The notes beneath the pieces were generated by a model, which worked only from the letters and a program-made list of their open reading frames with translations, made no database searches and had not been told where the DNA came from. The translations under genes were made by a program, and so were the position numbers. From Eledone cirrhosa (lineage: Eukaryota), in contig OZ024762.1 of NCBI GenBank assembly GCA_964016885.1, positions 10,974,001 to 11,038,000 on the forward strand: a stretch of DNA of 64,000 nucleotides, given 5' to 3'. Positions 1 to 15,147 of this stretch are shown piece by piece. The first letter of the stretch is position 1, and every line of letters starts with the position of its first letter.

Positions 1-349
1 AGAGATCTCCAGATATAAAGCAATGCCTGTGCTGTGAAGCTTTTATAGTGAGCAAAGGCACTGCACAAAGCCAGTCCCACTCTCTTAACCAAGATGATAT
101 TTACCAAAAAGAAGAACAAGTCAACATCATATATATGCATATATATACATATATATACATCTATACATACATACATATATATTTATATTTATACATATAT
201 ATATATTTATATTTATACATATATATATATTTATATTTATACATATATATATATATTTATACATATATATATATTTATACATATATATATATTTATACAT
301 ATATATTTATACATATATATTTATACATATATATTTATACATATATATT

Positions 350-381
<32 letters not shown>

Positions 382-593
382 CATATGTATGTATTTACAC
401 ACATATATACACACACACACACATACACATATAGATACATATATTTAGACAGGCCAGAAGTGGTCCCAAGTAGCATTGCTATTGAAGGGGTTAAATCGGA
501 TATCTTTGTCCCTTCATTCTTAGTTTATTAGGCCAATAATGCAGAGACCATTCCTGCCTCTAATGCCGTACGGCCCTATAATTTGAAGTTTAA

Positions 594-827
594 CCCTTTT
601 GATTCCAAGCTACCCCTAATTGGCCCTCGTTCTAAGACACAAAACTTTATTTACCTAAAAACCTTCCATCATAATTTTATATAAGAACCTGTGTTATGTT
701 ATGTTCCAAACACCACCGTTATAATGACCAAGCTTGTTACATGATTAAATGTCTCCAAATTCTTGATGGTTTTCGATTTTGAAAATTACAAACAGTGTAT
801 TTCATGAAAAATATTGTAATGAAAGGG
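594..827. mobile_element. piggyBac-like MITE
   Basis: TTAA|CCCTTT ... AAAGGG|TTAA termini; a related fragment lies at ~2330-2442. Confidence 0.6.
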
Positions 828-1102
828 TTAAGCTATGGGAAGTGGGTGAGGTGTGGAGGGGTTGCTAAATGAATAAGACAATATCCCTGTTGGTGTGTTT
901 TTATGTGTAAACACACACACACGCATATATCTATATATATATGTATATAAATATGTGTATCCCAGATTCAAATGGGGCTAACTACAATAAGTAAGGTACT
1001 CAATACATAGAGTATATACAATATTTAATATAGAAATGGCTTCTACAGCACTAGAACTGTTTCATTCGGAGGAAATCATCCTGTAGAAGCCATTTCTATA
1101 TC

Positions 1103-1140
<38 letters not shown>

Positions 1141-1255
1141 TTTAGATATAGATACATAGACAGACATATATATACACATACATGCACACACACACACACA
1201 CACACATAGATATATATACACACACAGATATAGATATATATACACACACACACAG

Positions 1256-1323
<68 letters not shown>

Positions 1324-1688
1324 GTTTTGTGTATATTTCTCTCCTAAACAGATAGAAACGACTTTGGAGTCACCCAGATTGTCTTCCTGTGTTCCCTGCT
1401 TGTCCCCCCCCCCCAAACAAACTAAACACCATCCTCTTCTTCCTCACACTGCCACCCATTTCCTTCTCCTTCTATATAATATTATATACACACACTGTGA
1501 AAGGAGAACTAATGTTTGTTTATTGGTAAACATATATTAAAACAAACATCAGTGGAATAGTAGTGGCTTTGTGTTGTCTTATCTTCCTTGTAGCTATATA
1601 TATACTGTTATGTTGTCAGTACATATATACACAACACACACATCATATACATACATTCATACATACATACACACACATATATATACAT

Positions 1689-1720
<32 letters not shown>

Positions 1721-2950
1721 TAGTGTCGTCAAGTATGAAATTTGTAGAAATTTATTTTTTTTCTACCATTTTCTACAAATTTCATACCTGATGACTCATA
1801 TATATATATAAATGGAGGTTTAGTAAAATCGAAGCTTCGGCTGTAGCCAAGCCAACAAGATACAACGAGGAATTGTGCAGCCAAGCACTCAATGAGGAAT
1901 CTCTTGAGTAATAACATTTGTTAGACGGCATGACAAATTGAAAACTGTGGCAGGTAAGCCTAGCCATGACACCGAAGCACCGAGAAAACCAACAGGTTAT
2001 ATATATATATATATACATACATACATACACATGTGTGTATTATTCTTTTGTTCCCTCCATGACATCCCCATAAGATTAGGTGGCACACTAAAGTCTTTCT
2101 CTCTCTCTCAATCCTGTCAACAGTTTTCTGTTGTTGTTATTGCCAAACTCTCAAACAACCCCATTTATTACCTAGCACCAAGAAACTTCCACATAGCGCC
2201 ATAGCGAAAGCACATAGAATTATTTCCATGGTGAATGTCTCAAGCACAATTTTCTCTCAAACATCTTTCATAATAAGAAAAATAATCAACGAAACAAAAA
2301 GATCCATACACCAATCCCATTTTCTGACTATATTTAAAATAAAATACACAGTATTTTAATTAATTAAGGAAGAATTTGGGATATTTTGCTAAAATTACTC
2401 ATTATTTAAATGGTATTTGGAGCATATTTAAAGAAAAGGTTAATATATATATTGATGAGGTTATACAGAATATTCACCATAATCCTGTTTGCTCACAATT
2501 ACTCACTCAATGAGATGTGGTTTGAGCTTATGTTGAGCAAAGCCTGTCTCAGAGTGCTACCAATGTGTATATTATGTTGGAAGGTTTTTATTCCTGTCAG
2601 GGGTTATGACTGGCAGATAGTATCACCAATGGAAACACAGTTCTGATACGATGATTGGACCCTTTCCTCTTTTTATTTAGATAGAAATCCTTTAAAATGC
2701 GTGATTTTGTTTTGGGTGGGTTAGTTTCAAATTACTTATTATACACAACCAATTTCTTTACCAAAAAAAAAAAAAAAAAAAAAGGAAAAAATAAATATAA
2801 CAGACCCACTTCACCCCAAGAGATTTACATAATTCCAAATCAATATATATATATATGTAATGAAGGAAGTGTGGTAAGGAACCAGGTGGACCATAACGCA
2901 CCAGAGTACTCGATACTTTAGGTAGTAGAGTGAGTAATAATATATTGGAC

Positions 2951-3725
2951 AAGGTTGGTCATGGAATAATATGTCACAAACTATGTAGTTTAGTCATAGT
3001 TGGAAAAATAGGTGAATAGCTTCATGATTTCTTAAGACAGAAACCAGACAGTTGCAGCCAATGGGGTCTTCTCAAAGGAAACAACAACAAGTGGTGTACC
3101 CCAAGACCAAGAAACTATGTTTGTTCTCTGGAGGAGATTTGTCCTCCGTCGACTGGACTATTGCTCTCAGCTTTGGTTGCTCCACCGAGTCAAACTAACT
3201 GCAGAACTTGAAGCAATCCAACAAAGCTACATCAAGAGGATTGCCTCAATGAAAGAGATGCGCTACTAGAGGAGGTTGAAAAAAGTAAAGCCTTACTCCC
3301 CCGTATGAAGACGGGAGAGACACGCAATGATATACATATGGAAGATCCTGGAAGGTCTAGCACCAACAAACTTTGGCATTGAGATTCGGACCAACCCTTG
3401 AACAGGACACCACTGTGTAGTGCCAAAGGTACCATCCTTCACATCTAGAATAAGGATGAGATACTGCAATAGCCTTGGGTTCAAAAGTCTCCAGCTCTTT
3501 AATAAACTGCCAAAAAACCTGAGAGATGTACATGGTGTGAAGAAACATCTCGACATTCTGCTAACCAAGATCCCAGATGAACCCACAGCACAAGAAAAAG
3601 TACAAATAAGGGCAGCAGCAACAAACTCCCTCTTACATCAAAGGCAAACCAAGGATGGCTGGCTATAGAAATAGTAGCGACAAAGGTGGTGCCCCAGTAT
3701 GGTCTTAGCCAGTCAGCTGGAACAG
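2951..3725 (+). mobile_element. Decayed non-LTR retrotransposon (CR1-like LINE) ORF2 3' end and 3' UTR
   Basis: Interrupted translation shows SGVPQ, RLDYCSQLW, ELEAIQ, RRRER, IYIWKILEGL, LFNKLPKNLRD and LDILLTKIPDEP, with stops, frameshifts and an internal deletion. Confidence 0.8.
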
Positions 3726-4065
3726 ATATATGACATATATAAAACTTTCTTTATCATTAATGGTATTACAGAAGTACTTGGGTTCCAAACATAAGTTAAT
3801 TCACATCTGAAACAAGTAAAACTAATTTTAGCTTGTTAGCTTAATTGCACTACTTTCTTTGTATTGAGTACACTTATGAATACCTGGACTATTTAGCCTG
3901 TATATATATATGAATTGTTTCTGTAGGAAGGGTAAAGGAAAGGAGAGTGCTCTATGTAAGCTACAGAGCTATTTAGTTCTATAATAAACACCATAAGACA
4001 ATTATTCCATTTACCAAAAGTTTTAGCCTTTGTTTTTAAATTCATATCTTACGTCCATATTAAAT

Positions 4066-4140
4066 GTTTCATTCTGATGAGCGATTTCAGACGTCTGTGT
4101 TGAGCTCGTCTGTCTTCGTGAAACCTTTGGTAAATGGAAT
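4066..4140 (+). ncRNA. Type I hammerhead ribozyme in a Penelope-like fold-back fragment (about 3921-4170)
   Basis: Helix I GUUUCAUU:AAUGGAAU; CUGAUGA at 4074-4080; extended helix II (GCGA..CAGACG/CGUCUG..UCGU); GAAA at 4120-4123; helix III ACC-UUU-GGU; GUA at 4130-4132. Confidence 0.8.
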
Positions 4141-4164
4141 AATTGTCTTATGTTGTTTATTACA

Positions 4165-4207
<43 letters not shown>

Positions 4208-4643
4208 AATGGAATCATAAATGGAGGGACCCACTTAAGTCATATATATATATCAAGATTTGGATAAGCTCGGTGTATTATATTTTTCAGCAAGTACGCA
4301 AGACTAATCCAAGGTTGTAATTAATACATGGTGTAAGGTCAGAATAATTGAAGATAGGCAGTGTTAGAGACCATAATATAAGGTTTACAGTGTTATAGAC
4401 CATAATATAAGGTTTAAAGCTTATGTATATACATATATATATATAATTAAAAGAAAGGTGGGCAAAGACAACAGAAACATGGACGAAACACAGGACAGCC
4501 CCTTATCATCAGTCAACCTCTGGAGATCCTTGTGGTTTCAGGACATTAAGGTCAATACCACTAGCTCCAGTGCACGTAGGACTGTAACAAATAGATACAA
4601 GACAGGACAGTTGGTCTTTCGACTATTTGCAAATATATATATA

Positions 4644-4693
<50 letters not shown>

Positions 4694-5770
4694 GAGAGAG
4701 AGAGAGAGAGGAATTGGTCAATTAATTAAAACCGAGACAAATTGTATCTAAGTCTTCATCAGCTCAATGTGTTTGAGCAGGTGTGACAGGACAGTGGACA
4801 GTTGACAGAGAGCATGACTTGACTTAAACTGTAAGTGGCGTGTGTGGGGGTGTGGTGGGGATGGTGGGCTGGTGGTGGTGATATTTGTAAGGTAGGAGGT
4901 GTGACACCAAGACTGGACAGTGGGTGTGTTTATGGACAGAAAATATCACAGGACATATTGTGGAGTGTGTGTGTATGAGTGAGAATGTATGAGTGTGAGA
5001 GTGTGTGTGTGTGTGTGTGAAAAAGAGGCAGAAAGAGAAAGTGAAAAAATTGACAATAATAATAATAATAATAGTTTCTGATTTAAGCACAAGGCCATCA
5101 ATTTTTTTTTTTGGGGGGGGGAGGCGATTAAATCGACCCCAGTGCGTTACTGGTACTTTATTTTATCAACATCGGAAGGATGAAAGGCAAAAGTTGACCT
5201 TGATGGGATTTGAACTCAGAACGCAAAGGGACGTAACTCTATGCCGCGAAGCATGTCTGACGCTCTACTGATACTGGCAATAATAATAATAATAATAATA
5301 ATTGTTTCTACTTTTTGGCACAAGGCCAGCAAATACCCCCCAGTGCATTACTGGTACTTTATTTTATCGACCCCCGTAAGGATGAAAGGCAAAGTCAACC
5401 TCGGCGGGATTTGAACTCAGACCGTAAAGGGACGTAACTATGCTGCAAAACATGGCGTCCGACCCTCTACCGATACTGCCAATCCACCGCCCTTTATTAA
5501 TTATAATAATGGTTTCTAGTTTAAGCACAAGGCCAGCAATGTTTTGGCAAGGGAAAGTTGATTAAAATGACACCCCCCCACCCCACCGTAAGGTCTGGTG
5601 CTCCACTGACTGCCAATCCAATAACAACAATAATAGTAATAGCAATAATGATAATAATAACAACAACAACAATAATACTTGTTTCTAATGATGGCAAAAA
5701 GGCCACAGAGTTGAAAGGAAGGTTGTACAAGTCGATGACGGGCAACCCAAGACCCCCAGTATATGACTGC

Positions 5771-5814
<44 letters not shown>

Positions 5815-7136
5815 TTTTTAAACGACTTTTGGAAGGATGAAAGAGAGGCAGAACCTAACTCCTGCTGAGGTGTGAACTTTAAGTAATTAGTGATGATGAT
5901 GATGATGATGATGATGGGTGATGGCAGTAAATGACAAGGGTAACAGTTCATAGTTAATAAAGATGATGATGATGATGATGTTGATGATGATGATGACAAT
6001 GATTATGTCTCCTTTTCAGTAGAAGCAGAACCAACAATTGTTTTAATTGGAGAAGTGTCTAATCAACTGAATTGGACCCAAACGTATTACTGGTAAATTA
6101 TAATAATGATGACTTACATCATTTTATCGACCCAGGGAGGGGATTTAAAACTAGGAAAAGGCAATATACACACATATTTATATATATATATATATATATA
6201 TACACAAATATAGATATAAGCATATATATATATATGTATGTATGTATGTATGTATATGCACACATATACATACATATATATGCATGTGTGTGTGTATATA
6301 GCATTTTGCCTTTTGAGAAAGTGTCAAAAAAAAAGGGGAAGATCTTTTATCTTTTGTAAATATCATCATCACCATCATCATGTTAATAATACCTTCATAC
6401 TCATGTCTGTTGTTGTTGCTGCTGTTGTTGTTGTGGGTGTGACTGTATATAAGCAAATGCTTTTTCGCATGTAAAAACTTTTGACAGTATTTTTTTCTCC
6501 TCAGAAATATTGTAGCCAGAACACACACACACACTACTTAACATGCGTAATATCCATACATACACACACACACACACTTAACACGCGTAATATCCATACA
6601 TACACACACACACGTTTTGAGATCACACACACACATACACTACTTAACATGCGTAATATCCATACACACACACACATATATATATATACCATGTACATGG
6701 TATAGGTGTATATATGTGCAGACATGCACAGAAACATGCAAATGTTTGCAAGCACTTGCATGCACACACAACACACACACATACATATATATACATTAAT
6801 TAAACAGTGTCTCTTTCCACTCCTCCCCCACCCTAAGATACCCCCCCCCCCCCGCCCTCCAGAGGCCGTGCAGTAACATCGGCAGCAACAGCAGTAGTAG
6901 TAGTAGTAGTAGTAGTAGTACACGCAGGGCTGTATTCATTCACAAATCTGACTAGGCTGGGTAGAGTGGCTTTACACTTTTTTTGTTGTTGTTGTAGTGG
7001 GGTTGAAAGTTTGAAGTGCCAGAGGGGCCCTGAAATACTTGAGAGCCAAGGGACGACAGTCCCTGGGATAATAGCGGCCCCGAGTTACACATAGTAATAG
7101 TAATAATAGTAGTAGTAGTAGTAGTAGTAATAGTAA

Positions 7137-7171
<35 letters not shown>

Positions 7172-7204
7172 CTAGTAGTAGTAGTAGTATACATAATAGT
7201 AGTT

Positions 7205-7363
7205 CTAGTGATGTGTGCTATGTGTATTGTCTGTTGTCCTCGTTGAGAGAATATGACCAGCATTTAAAATAGAGTTAATGTGCATTACAAGAACATGGTG
7301 AGCTGCATGGGGATCCTTCAACGGGTTACCAAACATCGACATCGTCTGTAGCGCTATGTTGGC
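7205..7363 (-). CDS. Putative terminal coding exon of the PLAAT-like gene (ANIALQTMSMFGNPLKDPHAAHHVLVMHINSILNAGHILSTRTTDNTHSTHH*)
   Basis: Strong acceptor on the minus strand (tctttctctgtattttcag|GCC, AG at 7365-7364). It is followed by a stop-free, non-repetitive 52-codon frame in phase 0, matching the donor at 48766; TAG at 7207-7205. The joined protein would be 248 aa. No transcript evidence is available. Confidence 0.65.
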   Translation of the reverse strand, partial: ANIALQTMSMFGNPLKDPHAAHHVLVMHINSILNAGHILSTRTTDNTHSTHH

Positions 7364-9106
7364 CTGAAAATACAGAGAAAGATATATATATAAGTATATT
7401 TATATATATATGTATGTATATATATATATATGTGCGTGTGTGTGTGTATAAAAAAATTAAGATGACAATATAAAGTTCTTAAATCATTTAATCTTTACAA
7501 TTGTTTCAACACAATTTCATTTACTTTCATTAAATACATAACTAGCAATAGACAACATAAGCAATAATAGTAGTTTGTTCTTATATTCTGTGAATTTTCT
7601 CTCGAAATCTCTTCTTATATATTTTTTTATTATGAAGGTGGGGGTGGTGAGGGTGGAAATGGTGAGGGTGGAAATGGTGTACAAAAGGCCTGAATTAAAT
7701 CAATTTACTAGAAAATTCTATTCATTTTCTATTCAGAATGCGTGTATAGATATTTCCAAGAAATGGTGATGTGACTAGACTTGTTCTTTTTTTCTCAAGA
7801 AAATTTCTCTTTTGTTTCTGCCACTGCCAAGTCTTCTCAACCTTTCTATTTCTTCTCTAATTTCTCATTTTATTTTATGAGGAAGGACCAGTGTCCGAAA
7901 CGTTTAGACTCTTTCCTTACTACATCAAGCATAAAACTAATAATATTTCTTCATTGTACTGTGTTGTTTGCTTTGTTATTTCCACTTTCCTTTTGCATAT
8001 ATATATATATATATATATATATAACAAATAAAGTATGGTAAGAAACCAGGTGGACCATAACACCAGAGTACTCGATACTTAGGGTAGTTGAGAGGATATA
8101 TATATATAGTTATTGAGAGAGAAAGAGATCAGTTTATGTATTAGACAGAAACACACACTTACACAGACATAGATAGACATAAACAGACACACACACTTAC
8201 ACAGACATCGATAGACAGACACACACACACAGACATACATAAAAAGACACACACAGACATACATAAAAAGACACACACAGACATGTTTATGATAGAAATA
8301 CCTAAAAAGACATTTTCTATGACATCTAATCTTTAACAGAGGATAACAGGCTTTAAGTGATGATGATAATGATGATGATGATGATCTACACATATATATG
8401 ATGGTGGTGGTGGTGGTGATTGTGATGTTAATGGTGATGGTAGTGGTGGTGTTTGTGGTCTTGGTAGTGGTGATGGTAGTGGAAATGGTGGTTGTGGTTG
8501 CAATTGTGGTTTTGGTAGTAGTAGCAGTTGTGGTGATGGTGGCTATTGTGGTGGTGGTAGTGGTGGCGATGGTACTGGTAGCAGTTGTGGTGATGGTAGT
8601 AGATAATTGTAGGTGTCATTAATTGAAGGGTGTTGGTGGTAGTGGTGTCAACAGTGATGGTGTCGGGGGTGGTGGTGGTGGTGGCTTGTTGTCAACTTGA
8701 ACAGCAGTGGTTAGTTAATGGTCAGTTAGTAAGAAAGAGAGAAGAAGAGAGAGAAAGAAGAAGCTCTGTCAACTATAGTAATTATTCTTGGCCATGAATG
8801 AGTGCTGCCACCTCACCCCCACACCCCCATTCCTACCCCCCCTCGTCACACTCCCCCACCTGACCAACCACCAGCCTCTATCTCTCTATGCCAAGTAATC
8901 ACACTACACCACCACCACCACCACACCCGCTCTCTAGGCTATGTAATCACACCACACCACCACCACCACACCCTCTCTCTAGGCTATGTAATCACACCAC
9001 CACCACCATCACCACTTTATAATATCTGACTCAATCAGTGTCAGTTATACCTGGTCAGTACAGGTGTGAGTCAACAGGTGAATGTTGTTGTTGTTGGTGT
9101 TTTTTG

Positions 9107-10006
9107 AACAAGCACCACAGACATTTACAGGGTGGGTTATACACAGAACAAGCACTACAGAAGTTTACAGGGTTGGCTATACACAGAACAAGCACTACAG
9201 AAGTTTTCTGGTTAGGTTATACACAGAACAAGCACTACAGAAGTTTACTGGGTAGGTTATACACAGAACAAGCACTACAGAAGTTTACTGGGTAGGTTAT
9301 ACACAGAACAAGCACTACAGAAGTTTACAGGGTGGGTTATACACAGAACAAGCACTACAGAAGTTTACTGGGTAGGTTATACACAGAACAAGCACTACAG
9401 AAGTTTACTGGGTAGGTTATACACAGAACAAGCACTACAGAAGTTTACTGGGTAGGTTATACACAGAACAAGCACTACAGAAGTTTTCTGGGTAGGTTAT
9501 ACACAGAACAAGCACCACAGAAGTTTACAGGGTTGGCTATACACAGAACAAGCACTACAGAAATTTACTGGGTGTGTTATACACAGAACAAGCACTACAG
9601 AAGTTTTCTGGGTAGGTTATACACAGAACAAGCACTACAAAAGTTTACAGGGTTGGCTATACACAGAACAAGCACTACAGAAGTTTACAGGATGGGTTAT
9701 ACACAGAACAAGCACTACAGAAGTTTACAGGGTGGGTTATACACAGAACAAGCACTACAGAAGTTTACAAGGTTGGCTATACACAGAACAAGCACTACAG
9801 AAGTTTTCTGGGAAGGTTATACACAGAACAAGCACTACAGAAGTTTTCTGGGAAGGTTATACACAGAACAAGCACTACAGAAGTTTACTGGGTAGGTTAT
9901 ACAAAAAACAAGCACTACAGAAGTTTACAGGGTAGGTTATACACAGAACAAGCACTACAGAAGTTTATAGAGAGGGTTATACAAAGAAGAAGCACCACAA
10001 AAGTTT
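9107..10006. repeat. 40-bp minisatellite, ~22 copies (acacagaacaagcactacagaagtttactgggtaggttat)
   Basis: Direct tandem periodicity. Confidence 0.95.
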
Positions 10007-10525
10007 AACTTATCATTATGTGGTAGTCAGCACCTTGAATGAATTGTACTGAGCTACACTGAAATTTGGCTACCATTTCATATAGCATACTACTACTATT
10101 ACCACCACCCCCACCACCATCATCATTAACTACAACAAGGTTATAATTGCCACTACTATCACATCATTCATTACACAAACAACACAAATACAGTTGCACA
10201 CACACCCATTGGCAGACATACATTCATAAATACAGTCACACACAAACACTGACATACACACACATTCTCATACAAACACTCACATACATACACACTGTGA
10301 GATGTGTGTGTGTGTGTGTATATATATATAAGAGATTAGAGCAAATATATATTAGGGATTAGAGCAAACATCACGAGCGCTCTATCTCAAAATTACTTTT
10401 GAAAAGCATTAGAAATGCGCAACCGGTAAAAACTTAAAACTAAAACTGAATACTAACCAATACTTATTCCTAATTAAACTATTTTTCACTGGTAAAAATT
10501 TGTCAGCATTTTCTTTTCCTTTTTA

Positions 10526-10576
<51 letters not shown>

Positions 10577-11019
10577 TCAAATATTAACAAAATAGATAGT
10601 CTTGTGATCAATTAAATTTTCATCTATCAAGGTTTGGGTTTCCAGGGTAGTTAGGGACCAAACGATTACAAAGCGAACTTCTTAACCATTCATCCTGAAC
10701 TGTGGCCACATTAAAATATGAGACCTGTCAACTCTCCCCGTCTGACAGGGAGATCACTCACCCCACTTTCGGGTGGATGAGAGATGTCTTCTCTTGTGAA
10801 AATGGGTATAGCTTTCATTACGTAAAATCTCCCCATTTTGCCCCATTTCTCCCTGTTTTAGGACACTTTTTTCATGGTACTCCCCGTTTGGGTTTTTAGA
10901 GGTCAGCAGGAACATATATACAGTCCACCCATGTACAAGTCGCACCTTTTCCTATGAAAATACAATATGAAAACCCATCATGCGATTTATCTAGAACTGC
11001 AAAAGTTCAATTCAAAATA

Positions 11020-11120
11020 CAGGGTGTCCCCCCACAAAATGTATACACAATCCAACAACACTAATAAATATTGCCTGTACAGGTAATCTAAAGGTGTATA
11101 CATTTTTTTGGGACACCCTG
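11020..11120. mobile_element. Tc1/mariner-like MITE
   Basis: TA|CAGGGTGTCCC..aaaatgtatacac / gtgtatacatttt..GGGACACCCTG TIRs; relatives at 31554-31685 and 44523-44600. Confidence 0.65.
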
Positions 11121-11477
11121 CATATGGCTCATTGTGAATGTGTATTAAATAGAAGTGCGATTTATACGCGAGTATATATGGTATATGGTGAATTTAAATA
11201 GCTGGATCCTTGCATAAGGCTTATTTGAAACAACGAAGCTTCACGCTACAACATATGTTAAATATTCTGACATAATGCAAATATATAATATACATGTACA
11301 CACACATATATGCATACACACATTACACATATATATGCATACACACGCATATACATACATCACACATATATATGCATACACACACATGCACATACATAAT
11401 ACACTTATATATATATGCATACACACAGATACATACAAATATATACATACATACAAATATATACATACATACATACA

Positions 11478-11513
<36 letters not shown>

Positions 11514-11874
11514 TATATATACATACAGTACTTGCATATATTATATAAATGTATACATTACATACATCCATAGAAATATACATACATACATGCATGCATG
11601 CATATATATATTACATAGAAATATACATATATACATGCAGATATAGATATATGCATATATACATACAACATACATGCATATATACATACATAGATACACA
11701 CATAGATGCATACACACATATAGATGCATACATACACACACACATATGTAGATGCATACATACATACTCACATATAGATCCATACATACATACACACACA
11801 TACACACAGATGTATACATACACACACATAAATAGATGCATACATACACATATATACAGAGGCATTAAGCAAAG

Positions 11875-12662
11875 GCCCATCACCACCACCACCATCTCTG
11901 CATCTATAATGGCCCACCACCACCACCATCTCTGCATCTATAATGACCCACCTCCACCACCACCATCTCTGCATCTATAATGACCCACCTCCACCACCAT
12001 CTCTGCATCTATAATGCCCCACCACCACCACCACCATCTCTGCATCTATAATGCCCCACCACCACCACCACCATCTCTGCATCTATAATGGCCCACCACC
12101 ACCACCACCATCTCTGCATCTATAATGGCCCACCACCACCACCATCTCTGCATCTATAATGCCCCACCACCACCTCTGCATCTATAATGCCCCATCACCA
12201 CCACCACCATCTCTGCATCTATAATGGCCCACCACCACCACCACCATCTCTGCATCTATAATGGCCCACCACCACCACCATCTCTGCATCTATAATGGCC
12301 CACCACCACCACCATCTCTGCATCTATAATGCCCCACCACCACCACCATCTCTGCATCTATAATGCCCCACCACCACCACCATCTCTGCATCTATAATGC
12401 CCCACCACCACCACCATCTCTGCATCTATAATGGCCCACCACCACCACCACCACCATCTCTGCATCTATAATGGCCCACCACCACCACCATCTCTGCATC
12501 TATAATGGCCCACCACCACCACCATCTCTGCATCTATAATGCCCCACCACCACCACCATCTCTGCATCTATAATGGCCCACCACCACCACCACCATCTCT
12601 GCATCTATAATGACCCACCACCACCACCACCACCACCACCACCATCTCTGCATCTATAATGA
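11875..12662. repeat. ~30-40-bp minisatellite: (cca)n-tctctgcatctataatg(g/c/a)c
   Basis: Constant core separated by variable-length (CCA)n. Confidence 0.93.
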
Positions 12663-13050
12663 CACAACAGCAGTCGCCGCATCAATTGTTGTAATAGTAG
12701 TGAACATTACATGAGGCAACGAAATGGAAAATACCCAGACCTTGTGGTAGTGGTATGTGGGGGGGGGGGGGGGGGGCTATAGGGTATAGTGACAGTGTGT
12801 GTGTGTGTGTTTTGAAGAAAGACCGTTGGATGTATATCGGCAATTTGAGAAATCTCAGTAATATATAATATAAAATAATTGTTTCTACGTTAGGCACAAG
12901 GCCAGCAAATACCCAGTGCATTACTGGTACTTTATTTTATCGACCCCGTAAGGATGAAAGGCAAAGTCAACCTTATAAAATAATATAATATCAGAGAGGT
13001 AGAAAGTCAGATAGATACATGTGTGTGGTGTGTGAATATCTTGCAAGGGT

Positions 13051-13105
<55 letters not shown>

Positions 13106-13386
13106 GAAGTAATTCCGTCGGAAAAGTCCAGGAAAAAAGAGTGCTCTATGTAGGTAACAGAGCTTAATAGTTATGTAATAAACAACATAAGGCAATTATT
13201 CCTGGTAAATGGAATAATTGCCTTATGTTGTTTATTACATAACTATATATATAACTAGAGAGAGAGAGAGAGAGAGAGATAAAGAACTACAGTTCTCCAA
13301 AGTAATTTACACTACTCGACATAACCTATATATCATTATGTAATGTCTTCACACAAAGGCATCAGTCTGTCTGTGTCTAATACCGA

Positions 13387-13445
<59 letters not shown>

Positions 13446-13736
13446 TGTGTCTGTGTCTGTGTCTGTGTGTGTGTGTGTGTGTCTATACGTTTGTGTATGT
13501 GTGTATATGGGATGTAATATGGAAGCAATGTTTAGTTGTGTCTTAATTTAGCAGGAAATATCTAAAGATGACTTTACTATCTCAAATCTTCACTAGTGTA
13601 TGTAATATAGCTGAGAACATTGTTTTAATCTGATGCAATCTTAAGTGTTGTTTTGTACTTTTGAAGAATGTTTGCTTATGCGCCTTCATGTGGTACAGGA
13701 CGTTAAAAGTCAGAGGACGTTGACTGTAACAAGATA

Positions 13737-13771
<35 letters not shown>

Positions 13772-13802
13772 TATATATATATCTGCATATATATATTTAT
13801 AT

Positions 13803-13995
13803 ATGAAGGAGTTGTGGTAAGGAACCAGATGGACCATAACGCACTAGAGTACTCAATACTTAGGGTAGTAGAGTGGGTAATAGGAAAAAGTATGACCCCG
13901 ACGGCAGAGCTCAAGCTGTTTCGACGGCTGTTTCTGGACATAAATAGCCGTCGAAACGGCTTGAGCTCTGCCGTCGGGGTCATACATTTTCCTAT
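13803..13995. mobile_element. Dispersed Penelope-like 3' end family carrying the 3' half of a hammerhead, as a fold-back
   Basis: GAA-ACGGC TTGAGCTCT GCCGT-C/GGGGTC gives helix III plus a GUC triplet. Copies at 2860-2935, 8030-8090, 23065-23185, 43625-43790, 44875-44930, 61740-61870 and 62630-62800, nearly all next to (TA)n. Confidence 0.62.
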
Positions 13996-14003
13996 ATATA
14001 TAT

Positions 14004-14038
<35 letters not shown>

Positions 14039-14084
14039 GAGAGAGAGAGACAGAGAGGGGGGTGGGGAGAAAGATGTGCGTGTG

Positions 14085-14132
<48 letters not shown>

Positions 14133-14405
14133 TAGATAGATGTGTGTGTATGTGTGAGTAGAGATGATGACTGGCCTACAAAACAAAGGTTTTAACGAGA
14201 GCAAAGCCCGCCTAAGTGAAATAGCGGAGAAAGCAGCGTGTTGGAACACGTGAGTTAGATAATGTGAGGGAGGGGCGAGGTGGTAGAATTTACCGTAACA
14301 ACAGCAGTAGATGTGGTGGTGGTTAGGGTGGTATAATTTAACATAACAGCAGTAGAGATAATGTGGTGGGGGTGAGGTGGTATAATTTGGTATATACGCA
14401 CACAT

Positions 14406-14440
<35 letters not shown>

Positions 14441-14850
14441 AATTAATAAAAATAATGAATAAACAAAGAAACAGTTCCTTATATTAAAAAATTCATCATT
14501 TTACGATCGTTTCTAGGATTTATCTACATATATATATATATCGGAGGTACAACAGTACATCCTCATCAGACAAAATATAATGATACAAAATATAATTGTT
14601 TCTACTTTAGGCACAAGGCCAGCAATTACCCAGTGCATTACTGGTACTTTATTTTATCGACCCCGTAAGGATGAAAGGCAAAGTCAACCTCGGCGGGATT
14701 TGAACTCAGATCGTACAAAATATAATGATACCCTGAGATGTTAAATGGTTAAGATTTAACTCTTTAATATATATATATCATCATCATCTATATATATATA
14801 TGTGTGTGTGTACGTATATACTAAATTATACCACCTCACCCCCACAACAT

Positions 14851-15147
14851 ATATATTTCGAGAGTACCAAAACTTTGGTACGCCCTCATCAGCTAAAATA
14901 CAAAGTTTGTTTTATAAATATTGACATATCCAGGAACGAGAACTTAACGGTTCAAGTTTTTCTGATGAGTGCGTACCAAAATTTTGGTACCCTTGAAATA
15001 TATATAATAGAATAAATGTGGTTTTATAAATATAGTTTCCATTTATTAATATCATTGATATATATATATAAATGATATTAATAAATGTAAACTATATTTA
15101 TAAAAGCACATTTATTCTATTATATATATTTCAAGGGTACCAAAATT
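14851..15147. mobile_element. Nested fold-back of hammerhead-bearing Penelope-like fragments
   Basis: Minus hammerhead at 14851-14900, plus hammerhead with CTGATGA at 14962 and GAAA at 14995, then an inverted copy of the 3' tail after a TA run. Confidence 0.65.

Noticed and set aside
6952-7263. 103-aa minus-strand ORF with poly-Thr
   Set aside because: It is out of frame with the acceptor at 7364 and dominated by (ACT)n; more likely 3' UTR of the PLAAT-like gene.
9107-12662. CRISPR-like appearance of the 40-bp and ~33-bp arrays
   Set aside because: The intervening segments are near-identical or simple (CCA)n, not unique spacers; the context is eukaryotic with no cas genes.
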